NCBI RefSeq assembly: GCF_000378005.1
Contig: NZ_KB899040.1
Location: 189,468 to 253,467, forward strand
Length of the DNA: 64,000 bases
Direction of reading: 5' to 3'
Source of the DNA: Coprothermobacter platensis DSM 11748
GTDB taxonomy: Bacteria > Coprothermobacterota > Coprothermobacteria > Coprothermobacterales > Coprothermobacteraceae
Made by a program: the position numbers and the translations under genes. Positions 37,896 to 46,280 of this stretch are shown piece after piece; position 1 is the first letter of the stretch, and the number at the start of each line of letters is the position of its first letter. The notes under the pieces are model-generated. The model saw only the letters and a list, made by a program, of their open reading frames with translations. It had not been told where the DNA came from and did no database searches.

Positions 37896-38447
37896 CTAAT
37901 GGCTCACTACAGTCTTGTATGTTACTCTGTCTGCCAGTTCCTCAAGTTGCTGTAATCTAAAAAATACTTCCCATAAACTTTCACCAGCCATTAGTAAACC
38001 GAAACCTGTAGTTACTAATGCTACTCCCACATCAAAGATATCTTTTATCTGTTCCATCATCTCATGGCGATCCACGGGGTTGGAATTGATTACTTGCAGC
38101 CCTTGAAACAGCATTTCTGGTTCGACGTTTTCAGCCATGGGAACTCGTCCTAATGCTAAATTGACCAAACTTACCGGGTAAGAATGTATGAGTGCATTGA
38201 CATTGGTCCACTGTCTGTATATATCCAAATGAACGAGTATCTCTTCTGTGGGATTTCCTCTTACCACCGCTCCGTTGGGTTCTATTTCCACTAAGTCTTC
38301 ATCTTTTATGAACGGGTCTTTCTTTCCTACTATCGCCAAGATGTTTCCATTGTCCAGCTTTACCGACACTGTAGTATGTCCATCGCTACCCAATATGCTT
38401 GTGTTAATGGCTCTTACTACAGTTTCCAGTTCTTCTTCCGTTTCCAT
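37896..38447 (-). CDS. Class II aldolase/adducin-family protein (short form)
   Basis: 183 aa with the HSYPVSLVNLA metal-binding region typical of class II aldolase / ribulose-5-phosphate epimerase folds. Confidence 0.5.
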   Translation of the reverse strand: METEEELETVVRAINTSILGSDGHTTVSVKLDNGNILAIVGKKDPFIKDEDLVEIEPNGAVVRGNPTEEILVHLDIYRQWTNVNALIHSYPVSLVNLALGRVPMAENVEPEMLFQGLQVINSNPVDRHEMMEQIKDIFDVGVALVTTGFGLLMAGESLWEVFFRLQQLEELADRVTYKTVVSH

Positions 38448-38462
38448 CTTTACATCCTTCCT

Positions 38463-39155
38463 TTATGGTATTTCGTTTTTGTAATCGTCGTTTGTTTCAC
38501 TTTTATACAGTTCATGTAGAAGTACCTGTATGCGGGCTTCTATAATATCCATGGCAACCATGTTTTTGCCACCTTCTGGCACGATGATGTCCGCAAAACG
38601 CTTAGTAGGCTCTACAAATTGTATGTGCATGGGCCGAACGGTGTCCAAATATTGATTTATTACAGAGTCCAACGTTCGACCACGTTTCTCTACATCACGT
38701 CTCAGCCTTCTTAGTATTCTTACATCTGCATCAGTGTCTACGTAAATCTTTATATCAAACAAATTCCTTATGCGCTCATCATAAAAAAGAAGTATACCTT
38801 CAACAATGATCACCGGTCTCGGATAAACCAGTTCGTAGTTTCCGGTCCTACCATAAAGCTCAAAAGAATATTCTGGGACTTTTATTGGTTGACCGTCTAT
38901 GAGCGCTTTTAAATGCTCATAAAGTAAATCGAAATCGAAAGCGTTTGGATGGTCATAGTTGAGTTTACGTCGCTCTTCTAAAGGTAAATCAGGAAAATCT
39001 TTATAATAAGAATCCATAGAGAGCATACTTACTTGGTCGTTGGGGACCATGTCTCTTAATGTTCTAGCAACAGTGGTTTTCCCGGAACCTGTTCCTCCAG
39101 CTATGCCCAGTAGAAGGTACTTCTTTCGCACATTACAAATTATAGCAAAATCCAT
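38463..39155 (-). CDS. udk: Uridine kinase
   Basis: P-loop LLGIAGGTGSGKTTVARTL, VIIVEGILLFYDERIRNLFDIKIYVDTDADVRILRRLRRDVEKRGRTLDSVINQY. Confidence 0.85.
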   Translation of the reverse strand: MDFAIICNVRKKYLLLGIAGGTGSGKTTVARTLRDMVPNDQVSMLSMDSYYKDFPDLPLEERRKLNYDHPNAFDFDLLYEHLKALIDGQPIKVPEYSFELYGRTGNYELVYPRPVIIVEGILLFYDERIRNLFDIKIYVDTDADVRILRRLRRDVEKRGRTLDSVINQYLDTVRPMHIQFVEPTKRFADIIVPEGGKNMVAMDIIEARIQVLLHELYKSETNDDYKNEIP

Positions 39156-39213
39156 GAAGCTTTTTAGGTGCTATAAAATGTTAAACTATTGATAAAAAGG
39201 AGGCGGATATCCG

Positions 39214-40614
39214 TTGAGTATGGAAGATCTTATGCTAAATTGGAAAAACGGCCATTTAAGGGTCGATGAAACAACATCCCAGCAGATAGATGCATTTGCT
39301 AAGGATTACATGCGTTTCATGGTTGCGGCCAAGACGGAGCGGGAGAGTATAACGGAATCATTACGTATTGCGAAGGAAAATGGTTTTGTTGACATTGAAG
39401 AGATTAAAGAGTGGAAACCTGGGCAAAAAGTATACTACGTGAATCGTAAGAAGAGCGCAGTTTTTGCCATCCTTGGCCAGCGTCCTGCACTGGATGGCGT
39501 AAACATGGTAGCAGCTCACGCTGATGCTCCCAGGCTAGATCTTAAACCACGACCACTCAAGGAAGATGAGCAAATTGCAATATTGGAAACACATTATTAC
39601 GGTGGCATAAAGAATTTTCATTGGGTTTCTACGCCACTTAGTCTTCACGGTGTTGTGGTAAAAAGTGATGGAACCGTTGTGCAGGTCAGTATTGGAGAAA
39701 AAGACGATGATCCCGTGCTTGTCATACCGGACATTTTGCCGCATTTAGGCAGAAAGATTCAAATGTCCAAGACCATGGATGAAGCTATACCCGGTGAATC
39801 ACTGGATGTTGTCATCGGTTCCTTACCTATGAAAGGTGAAGAAAAAGAACCAGTAAAGAAGTACATTCTGCAATTGCTAAACGACACTTATGGTATTACT
39901 GAAGCAGATCTGCTATCGGCAGAGCTGGAGGTTGTCCCTGCATTGAAGCCTAAGGAAGTCGGTTTAGATAGGGCCCTTATTGGCGCTTATGCTCAGGATG
40001 ATCGTGTTTGTGGTTACACAGCATTCCGCGCATTACTGGATATGACCTTTGTTCCAGAGAAGACTGCCATGGTCATTTTTGCTGACAAAGAAGAAGTAGG
40101 TTCCATGGGCAATACCGGTATGCAATCTGCATTTATCGATAATTTCTTCTCGAAACTCATCGCTTTGAGCAAACCATCATTTACTCCCTTGGACCTTTTT
40201 GAAGCATGGAATAAAACCAAGGTCCTGTCTGCCGATGTCACCGCGGCCGTCGATCCTATTTGGAAGAGTGTTCATGAAATGCAAAATGCGGCGCGCGTCC
40301 ACTATGGCCCTGTTTTGACTAAGTACACTGGCAGTAGGGGTAAAGGTGGCGCGAATGACGCTCATGCGGAGTTCCTTGCTCAGGTGCGTGATGCCTTCGA
40401 CAAAGAAAATGTCGTTTGGCAGATGGCTGAACTCGGAAAAGTAGATGAGGGCGGCGGCGGAACGGTAGCGTTGTTTATGGCTAATAGGGGTGCAGATGTC
40501 GTGGATATAGGTGTAGCTCTATGGGGCATGCATTCTCCATTTGAGATATCCAGCAAATTGGATGTTTACTATGCTTATAAGGCTGACGAAGCATTCTTCA
40601 AGCATGTGAAATAA
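39214..40614 (+). CDS. M18-family aminopeptidase (aspartyl aminopeptidase-like)
   Basis: 466 aa with AAHADAPRLDLKPRP, AYAQDDRVCGYTAFRALLD, and the C-terminal GGGGTVALFMANRGADVVDIGVALWGMHSPFE. Confidence 0.65.
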   Translation: MSMEDLMLNWKNGHLRVDETTSQQIDAFAKDYMRFMVAAKTERESITESLRIAKENGFVDIEEIKEWKPGQKVYYVNRKKSAVFAILGQRPALDGVNMVAAHADAPRLDLKPRPLKEDEQIAILETHYYGGIKNFHWVSTPLSLHGVVVKSDGTVVQVSIGEKDDDPVLVIPDILPHLGRKIQMSKTMDEAIPGESLDVVIGSLPMKGEEKEPVKKYILQLLNDTYGITEADLLSAELEVVPALKPKEVGLDRALIGAYAQDDRVCGYTAFRALLDMTFVPEKTAMVIFADKEEVGSMGNTGMQSAFIDNFFSKLIALSKPSFTPLDLFEAWNKTKVLSADVTAAVDPIWKSVHEMQNAARVHYGPVLTKYTGSRGKGGANDAHAEFLAQVRDAFDKENVVWQMAELGKVDEGGGGTVALFMANRGADVVDIGVALWGMHSPFEISSKLDVYYAYKADEAFFKHVK

Positions 40615-40637
40615 TAACTTAAGAAACACATTCATAT

Positions 40638-40666
40638 AAAAAGCGCCCTTTTTTAGGGCGCTTTTT
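40638..40666. terminator. Bidirectional intrinsic terminator (aminopeptidase on +, marR on -)
   Basis: AAAAGCGCCC / GGGCGCTTTTT stem with loop TTTTTTA. Confidence 0.6.
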
Positions 40667-40668
40667 AT

Positions 40669-41103
40669 TTAAAAATCTATGGTTTCACGCAGTGTTTTAA
40701 CTGCGCTCGCTATATCTTTTTTTTGCCTTTCGTTGAACTTGCTTAAATAATCTTCTAAAGTGGCAAGGAAATGTTCTTTTACATCTTTTAGAGCTTTTTT
40801 GCCGGATTCGGTTATCTCTACCAGTACCAGCCTTCTGTCTCTATCTTCATCACGGAATCTGCGCACGAAACCTTTCTCAACTAATTTATCCATGTGAGGC
40901 GTAAGGCCACCCATTGTAACGACCAAAGCATCTGCTAATTCTGACATTTTACATGGGCCAATTTTTTGCAGTTCGTTCAAAATCTTTAGTTCACTCAGCC
41001 CCACTTGAAAATCTTGTTCCTGTGAGCATGCGTAAAAAAGTTTTTTGAACCGCCTCGGCAGTTGCATATAAAGATCAAACAAATTCTCAGCTAATTGCTC
41101 CAT
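40669..41103 (-). CDS. MarR-family transcriptional regulator
   Basis: 144 aa with winged helix LSELKILNELQKIGPCKMSELADALVVTMGGLTPHMDKLVEKGFVRRFRDEDRDRRLVLVEITESGK. Confidence 0.85.
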   Translation of the reverse strand: MEQLAENLFDLYMQLPRRFKKLFYACSQEQDFQVGLSELKILNELQKIGPCKMSELADALVVTMGGLTPHMDKLVEKGFVRRFRDEDRDRRLVLVEITESGKKALKDVKEHFLATLEDYLSKFNERQKKDIASAVKTLRETIDF

Positions 41104-41141
41104 ATACCTTAATTATATGCCCTTTCCAGTAATTATATTTT

Positions 41142-41678
41142 TTAAAGGACTATGACTCCTTCATCGAAACACTTTCTTGCAGGTGCAGGTGGAACTTCCA
41201 AAGGATAGCCCATGGCAACAACTACCACAGGCAAGAAACGTTTATCTATTCTTAAAGCATGTCTTACTTGTTCCTCATCAAAATTACCAACCCAGCAGGT
41301 GCCTATACCTTCTTGCCATGCTGCTAAGATGATATTCTCCATAGCTGCACTGACATCACAGATACCGTAAAGTGTTGTTCCTCTCTTCCCATAATAGCTT
41401 CTCATACTTTCTACATCAGTGCACCCAACGAGTACCAAAGGAGCCTGAGCTACATGGTCCTGACCAAAGCATGCATCGGATAGGTCTCGTTTCATCTGCT
41501 CCTTTGTAACCACAAATATGGTCCGCGCTTGCAAGTTTCCTGCAGATGGGGCCCATAAACCTGCTTCCAAAATACGCTTGATTACACTTTCATCGATAGG
41601 ATCCGGTTTGAAATTTCTTATACTTCGTCGCTGTTTGATTAGTTCATATATGTCATCCATATAAATGAATTTTAGCAC
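41142..41678 (-). CDS. Nitroreductase-family FMN oxidoreductase
   Basis: IKQRRSIRNFKPDPIDESVIKRILEAGLWAPSAGNLQ and the rest of the nitroreductase fold. Confidence 0.85.
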   Translation of the reverse strand: MLKFIYMDDIYELIKQRRSIRNFKPDPIDESVIKRILEAGLWAPSAGNLQARTIFVVTKEQMKRDLSDACFGQDHVAQAPLVLVGCTDVESMRSYYGKRGTTLYGICDVSAAMENIILAAWQEGIGTCWVGNFDEEQVRHALRIDKRFLPVVVVAMGYPLEVPPAPARKCFDEGVIVL

Positions 41679-41730
41679 GATCCGTGCATGTATAGTAAAT
41701 TCATTCTGTGGTTATTAAATTGTACAGGAG

Positions 41731-42078
41731 GTGAGTTTTGTGGAAAAGAAAAAAGTTTTGTTCATCATTTCATCAGGAGACAAGCAGGTCATTCTGCCAG
41801 CGCTTAACCTGGCTATGAATTCAAAAAAAGGTGGATTATATGATGATGTAAAAGTACACTTCTTTGGTATAAGTGAAAAAGTTGCGGCTGAAGATGAAGA
41901 AATTCAACAGAAAATCGCAGATCTTATAAAAGAGGGTATCAACCCCATGGCTTGTGTAAATCTCAGTAAGAAGTTTGATGTTTCTGTAAAATTGGATAGC
42001 ATGGGTTTCGATCAAGTTCCTATCGGGCCTGAAATAGCTAAGTTAATCAATGATGGTTATGTCCCCATGGTCTTTTAA
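41731..42078 (+). CDS. DsrE/DsrF-like family small protein (tentative)
   Basis: 115 aa with alpha/beta pattern KKVLFIISSGDKQVILPALNLAM...VHFFGISEKV...GINPMACVNLSKKF, reminiscent of DsrE/TusD-like sulfur-relay or peroxiredoxin-like small proteins. Confidence 0.4.
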   Translation: MSFVEKKKVLFIISSGDKQVILPALNLAMNSKKGGLYDDVKVHFFGISEKVAAEDEEIQQKIADLIKEGINPMACVNLSKKFDVSVKLDSMGFDQVPIGPEIAKLINDGYVPMVF

Positions 42079-42102
42079 GTAAAAGGGCAGGTATTAACAC
42101 GC

Positions 42103-42759
42103 ATGATTGATATTGACGAGCTGGAGCAATTAGTTAAAACGCGCAGATCTATAAGGCAGTGGCAAGAAAAGGATGTGCCAGAGGAAGTGTTGAAGAAGGC
42201 ACTGGAAATTGCCGTCAACGCTCCCAGTGGCATGAATTACCAAGGCTGGAAATTCATTGTTGTGAAGAACAAAGAGAAAATTGAAGAGATCGCGGATAGT
42301 GTTAAGAATAGAATTAGGATGTTTGCGCAATGGCCTGAAGCAGCTAAATACATAGATGACCCAGAAAAGATGGTTGAAAATGCAGGCTTTTTTAAAAAAG
42401 CCCCCGTACTCATCGCTGTATATTCGCAGATATATCCTTCTGGCCGCGATGGTGTCTATCTGGAGCGTATGAGCCATGATGAAGAAGCGAAAAAGATGAA
42501 ATCATGGTTAGATTTAGCTAACCCAAGGATTCAATCGGCTGCTTCAGCTATCGCTTATCTATTGTTAGGTTTGCATGCTCAGGGGCTAGGCAGTGTTTGG
42601 ATGACTGGCCCTATGCAGGCGAAGGGCGACATAGAACACATTTTGGGTGAATTTGAAGGTTATGATTTGGTTGCCCTTATAGCCACAGGTTATCCAGCAG
42701 AAACGCCTAAAGAAAAGAAGATGAGGCCCTTTGATGAACTGGTTCAGTTTGTTGAATAA
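42103..42759 (+). CDS. Nitroreductase-family FMN oxidoreductase (second paralog)
   Basis: VKTRRSIRQWQEKDVPEEVLKKALEIAVNAPSGMNYQGWKFIVV and the rest of the nitroreductase fold. Confidence 0.85.
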   Translation: MIDIDELEQLVKTRRSIRQWQEKDVPEEVLKKALEIAVNAPSGMNYQGWKFIVVKNKEKIEEIADSVKNRIRMFAQWPEAAKYIDDPEKMVENAGFFKKAPVLIAVYSQIYPSGRDGVYLERMSHDEEAKKMKSWLDLANPRIQSAASAIAYLLLGLHAQGLGSVWMTGPMQAKGDIEHILGEFEGYDLVALIATGYPAETPKEKKMRPFDELVQFVE

Positions 42760-42792
42760 CGTTAGACGGCTGAATGTACTAAACTAAAGCGT

Positions 42793-43038
42793 ATGCGTGT
42801 AAAGGTTATTGGTTACATAGGCGAAATGTTGTCTCTTCCATCCGAAGGGCAGGAAGTTCTGTTGGATGAACCGCTGTCTTTAGGAGAGTTGACCATTCGT
42901 TTGTGGAATGTGCCATTTTCTATGTTCACCGGTGCTAAAGTGGGCGATATGACCGTATCTGAGGAATATGAATTGAGCGGCGATGAAGAGGAAGTTATTC
43001 TTATTTCACCCGTCCATGGTGGTGGAACATCTGCATGA
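42793..43038 (+). CDS. MoaD/ThiS-like ubiquitin-fold small protein with GG followed by a short C-terminal extension
   Basis: 81 aa: MRVKVIGYIGEM...GDEEEVILISPVHGGGTSA. The C-terminal pattern resembles MoaD DGDEVAFFPPVTGG, but the Gly-Gly is followed by 3-4 extra residues. Overlaps the next gene by 4 nt. Confidence 0.5.
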   Translation: MRVKVIGYIGEMLSLPSEGQEVLLDEPLSLGELTIRLWNVPFSMFTGAKVGDMTVSEEYELSGDEEEVILISPVHGGGTSA

Positions 43039-43766
43039 AAGCACGGGTGATTTTTGACAACTGCCGTGAAGGATCGCTAAACATGGCTTTAGATTACGTC
43101 ATGCTACAGCATTTACAAGAGGAAGAACAAGTGATTTTGAGATTTTACACGTGGTGCCCTCCCACCGTTTCTGTAGGTTTGTTTCAGGAGTGGCACCACG
43201 ATGTTTCATATCCTGTGGTTAGGAGACCTACTGGAGGAAAAGCTGTCTTGCATGATGGTGATTTGAGTTATGCTTTGGTGGCACCGTTGAACGGTTTTGG
43301 AAATAGCGTGCTGGAAACATATTATTTGGTATCCGAGGGTCTTATCGATGGGCTAGGACTGCTTGGTGTTTCAGCTGATTTCCTTCAGGCTCCACTTCCT
43401 GCTAAAGATGATCCCGACGGGTGTTTTATTCATGAATCTGGCCACGAAATTGGTATATGGGGGCGTAAAGTTATCGGCTCTGCGCAAGCGAGAAAACCCT
43501 GGGGTTTTTTACAGCATGGATCAATTTTAGTCGAGCCCATATATGAGCACATGTCAAACTTGTTTGGTGTGTCTGAAGAAGAAGTGCGAGAACATTGCAT
43601 AGCTTTGAAAGATCTGTTACCAGATATTACTCCCGGAGTGCTTGCTAACGCTCTTAAGGAAGGTTTAGAACATGTGTTGGATGTTCATTTTAACGTTTCC
43701 GAAGTAACAACCGAAGAACTAAGACAGGCATCAACTATAAGTACAAAGTACACTTTATGCAGTTGA
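43035..43766 (+). CDS. Lipoate-protein ligase / octanoyltransferase family catalytic-domain protein (LplA/LipM-like, BPL_LplA_LipB fold)
   Basis: VVRRPTGGKAVLHDGDLSYALV matches the LplA RRxxGGGAVxHD motif. KVIGSAQARKPWGFLQHGSIL matches the catalytic-lysine motif K[IV]xGSAQ. The 243-aa length means there is no LplA C-terminal domain. Confidence 0.7.
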   Translation: MKARVIFDNCREGSLNMALDYVMLQHLQEEEQVILRFYTWCPPTVSVGLFQEWHHDVSYPVVRRPTGGKAVLHDGDLSYALVAPLNGFGNSVLETYYLVSEGLIDGLGLLGVSADFLQAPLPAKDDPDGCFIHESGHEIGIWGRKVIGSAQARKPWGFLQHGSILVEPIYEHMSNLFGVSEEEVREHCIALKDLLPDITPGVLANALKEGLEHVLDVHFNVSEVTTEELRQASTISTKYTLCS

Positions 43767-44368
43767 ATTACAGCTCTCTTATAGATTTAACAAAAGACAT
43801 TTCGGAGTCTCTTGAAGTGTTTCCGGGAGACCCACAGGTTTTTATAGATACGGTTTCCCTGCCCAGCGATAATTTTGTTTTAGAACGCTTATGTATGTCT
43901 ACTCATGCAGGTACACACATAGACGCCCCTTTTCATGTAGTAGAAAAGGGTGCTCATGTGGATGAAATTCTCTTAAGAGACCTCCTTTTGCCTGCTCTCT
44001 TTTTTAATGTGGTTGGCCTTAATGAAGATGAACGTTTGTCTGCATTCCAGCGTAGCGCAGAGAATATAAACGGTAAAGCACTACTTATTAGAACAGGGCA
44101 GCGCGTATCCGCAAATATAACAGAAAAAGAAGCTGCACTCTTTATTTCTTTGAATGTAAAGGCTATCGGCGTTGATGCTATGAGTGTGGAGGAAAGTCAC
44201 GATCTACCTGTGCATAAAGCGTTATTATCAAACGGTATTCTCATTGTCGAAGGATTGACGAATCTAAATTTGTTAAAAGAGAGCGTTGATTATTTCTTTG
44301 TTGTCGCGCCCATGAAACTAAAAGGATGTAGCGGTGCTCCCGTAAGAGCATTTGTTGTAACTTTATGA
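43757..44368 (+). CDS. Cyclase-family protein (kynurenine formamidase-like)
   Basis: HxGTHxDAPxH motif: STHAGTHIDAPFH. Confidence 0.75.
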   Translation: MQLNYSSLIDLTKDISESLEVFPGDPQVFIDTVSLPSDNFVLERLCMSTHAGTHIDAPFHVVEKGAHVDEILLRDLLLPALFFNVVGLNEDERLSAFQRSAENINGKALLIRTGQRVSANITEKEAALFISLNVKAIGVDAMSVEESHDLPVHKALLSNGILIVEGLTNLNLLKESVDYFFVVAPMKLKGCSGAPVRAFVVTL

Positions 44369-45024
44369 AATTTCCTGAACTTTTTCTTGGTACGGTTATA
44401 AGCCGCTACAAACGTTTTAAACTTTGCGTGGACATTGCTGGAGAGAAAGAGTGGGCATACTTGCCAAACCCAGGACGTTTGCGTGAGCTCATATATCCTG
44501 GTTCTCTTGTTTGGCTTAAGAAAGTAATGGATCCTGGAAGAAGCCTTAAATGGGAAGCTGTCCTTGGTTACGATGGCGTTCTGGTCTCTCTATATGCGGC
44601 TTTAGCCAACAAGTTGTTCCTACAGTATTTAGCATCTCTGGGTGCAGATTCGCAGTACACCATAAAAGGGGAAGTGCCCACTGCTACGTCACGCTTTGAT
44701 TTCCTCATCGATGGTCAGTTTGTGGAGGTAAAATCAGTCACATTGGTTCAAGATGGTTTAGGCCTATTTCCGGATGCACCAACCAAGCGTGGGGTAAGGC
44801 ATCTTAAAGAACTGGGAACACTGCGGAAAGGTGCTGTCGTTTTTGTCGTTCAGCGATGTGATGCAGAAGCTGTAACATTTAATAGTGCAATGGACATGGA
44901 TTTCGCTCTGGCTATGAAATGGGCAAGAGATGAAGGTGTTCGGTTTAAAGCGATAAACTGTAAGGTTACGAAGGAGGATATTACACCATGGCAGGAAATT
45001 CCAGTACTCTTTCCTCAAGATTAA
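44365..45024 (+). CDS. sfsA: Sugar fermentation stimulation protein SfsA
   Basis: N-terminus RYKRFKLCVDI...AYLPNPGRL matches the SfsA RYKRFLADV...AHCPNTGRM signature. Confidence 0.8.
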   Translation: MKFPELFLGTVISRYKRFKLCVDIAGEKEWAYLPNPGRLRELIYPGSLVWLKKVMDPGRSLKWEAVLGYDGVLVSLYAALANKLFLQYLASLGADSQYTIKGEVPTATSRFDFLIDGQFVEVKSVTLVQDGLGLFPDAPTKRGVRHLKELGTLRKGAVVFVVQRCDAEAVTFNSAMDMDFALAMKWARDEGVRFKAINCKVTKEDITPWQEIPVLFPQD

Positions 45025-45650
45025 ATGAAGCTGATTCGTTAACAGCCTTGATAAGGTCCGTTTATTCGGAAGCAAAACCGCTGGTTACAAAACGTGTGCA
45101 AGAATTTGAAGCATTTCCCAAACAGGATTTAGCCAAGCTCTTCTCTGAGCTTAGTTTCTGTGTCCTAACTGCCAATTGGAGCGCTCAAGGTGGTATAAAG
45201 ACACAGAACGCAATCGGCAACGGTTTTATAAGCTTGCCATATGAAGAACTGGAAGAAAACCTTAGGAAAGTTGGCCATCGATTTGCTCCTCAAAGAGCAA
45301 GATTCATTGTGGAAAATCGGCAAAAAGCGGATATGCTTTTTGATATAATCCAATATCCAACTAAAGAAGCACGTTTCTATTTGGTGAAGAATTTCAAAGG
45401 TATAGGGTGGAAGGAAGCAAGTCATTTTCTGAGAAATATCGGCCTGCTGGACGTGGCTATTTTAGATAAGCATATCCTCAGACTTATGCATTACTATCAT
45501 ATGATCTCTGAATTGCCCAAAGGTTGGACGCAAAAACGATATGAAACCTATGAACAATTACTCGTTCCAATCTCCCAGGAAACTGATATGCCGTTGGGAG
45601 AGATGGATCTCTACTTGTGGTACGCCGTTAAAAATACTGTGGATAAATAA
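44988..45650 (+). CDS. ogg: 8-oxoguanine DNA glycosylase / DNA lyase (Ogg2-type HhH-GPD enzyme)
   Basis: KNFKGIGWKEASHFLRNIGLLDVAILDKHILR contains the HhH, the catalytic Lys and the Asp of the N-glycosylase/DNA lyase family. Confidence 0.7.
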   Translation: MAGNSSTLSSRLNEADSLTALIRSVYSEAKPLVTKRVQEFEAFPKQDLAKLFSELSFCVLTANWSAQGGIKTQNAIGNGFISLPYEELEENLRKVGHRFAPQRARFIVENRQKADMLFDIIQYPTKEARFYLVKNFKGIGWKEASHFLRNIGLLDVAILDKHILRLMHYYHMISELPKGWTQKRYETYEQLLVPISQETDMPLGEMDLYLWYAVKNTVDK

Positions 45651-45669
45651 ATGGGTTTTGGAGCTTATC

Positions 45670-46167
45670 TTATTCTGTTAAGAACGGTTGATACCGAGAG
45701 CCTTCTATCTGAAACAATGGTGTGAAAGGTCGTTCGAGAACGGTTTTGGTTACGCGCAGTACAAACAACGTATGATCTCCTGTTTCTACGTAGTCCGTTC
45801 TTTCCACTTCAAAATATGCCGGTATCCCTTTTATGTAAGCGGAGCCGTTTTCTGCTAAGCTTTTCTCTACACCCAACTTACCAAACTTGTCGACATTCTT
45901 ACCCGAGCATTTACCAGTATCTTCCACAAGTTTTTGAAAATGCTCATCAATTAAGTTTATCGTCGCGTAAGGAAAATCTGTAAGCATTTTGTGTGTGAAC
46001 CGCAGGGGTGATATAGAAACACCGATTAAGAAGGGATTTCTTGACAAAATTGTATGCCACCCAGCAGGCATCATATTAGCGTTTTCAAAGGGACCTGTCA
46101 CTACTATAATGACTTGCCTTGGATGCAGTAAATGGTAATCAGCGCGTGATAAAAGAAGTTTGTTCAT
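45670..46167 (-). CDS. Flavin reductase-like FMN-binding domain protein
   Basis: 165 aa with VIIVVTGPFENANMMPAGWHTILSRNPFLIGVSI, typical of the FMN-binding split barrel. Confidence 0.75.
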   Translation of the reverse strand: MNKLLLSRADYHLLHPRQVIIVVTGPFENANMMPAGWHTILSRNPFLIGVSISPLRFTHKMLTDFPYATINLIDEHFQKLVEDTGKCSGKNVDKFGKLGVEKSLAENGSAYIKGIPAYFEVERTDYVETGDHTLFVLRVTKTVLERPFTPLFQIEGSRYQPFLTE

Positions 46168-46280
46168 TGTTAAAAAACCTCCTTCGTTTTTTGGCCAATT
46201 CAGTAACCTTTAAATTATAATTAACTTATACACATTTAGGTGCACTGATAATTGTTTTGCTCATAAAAGGAGGTTGCTTC

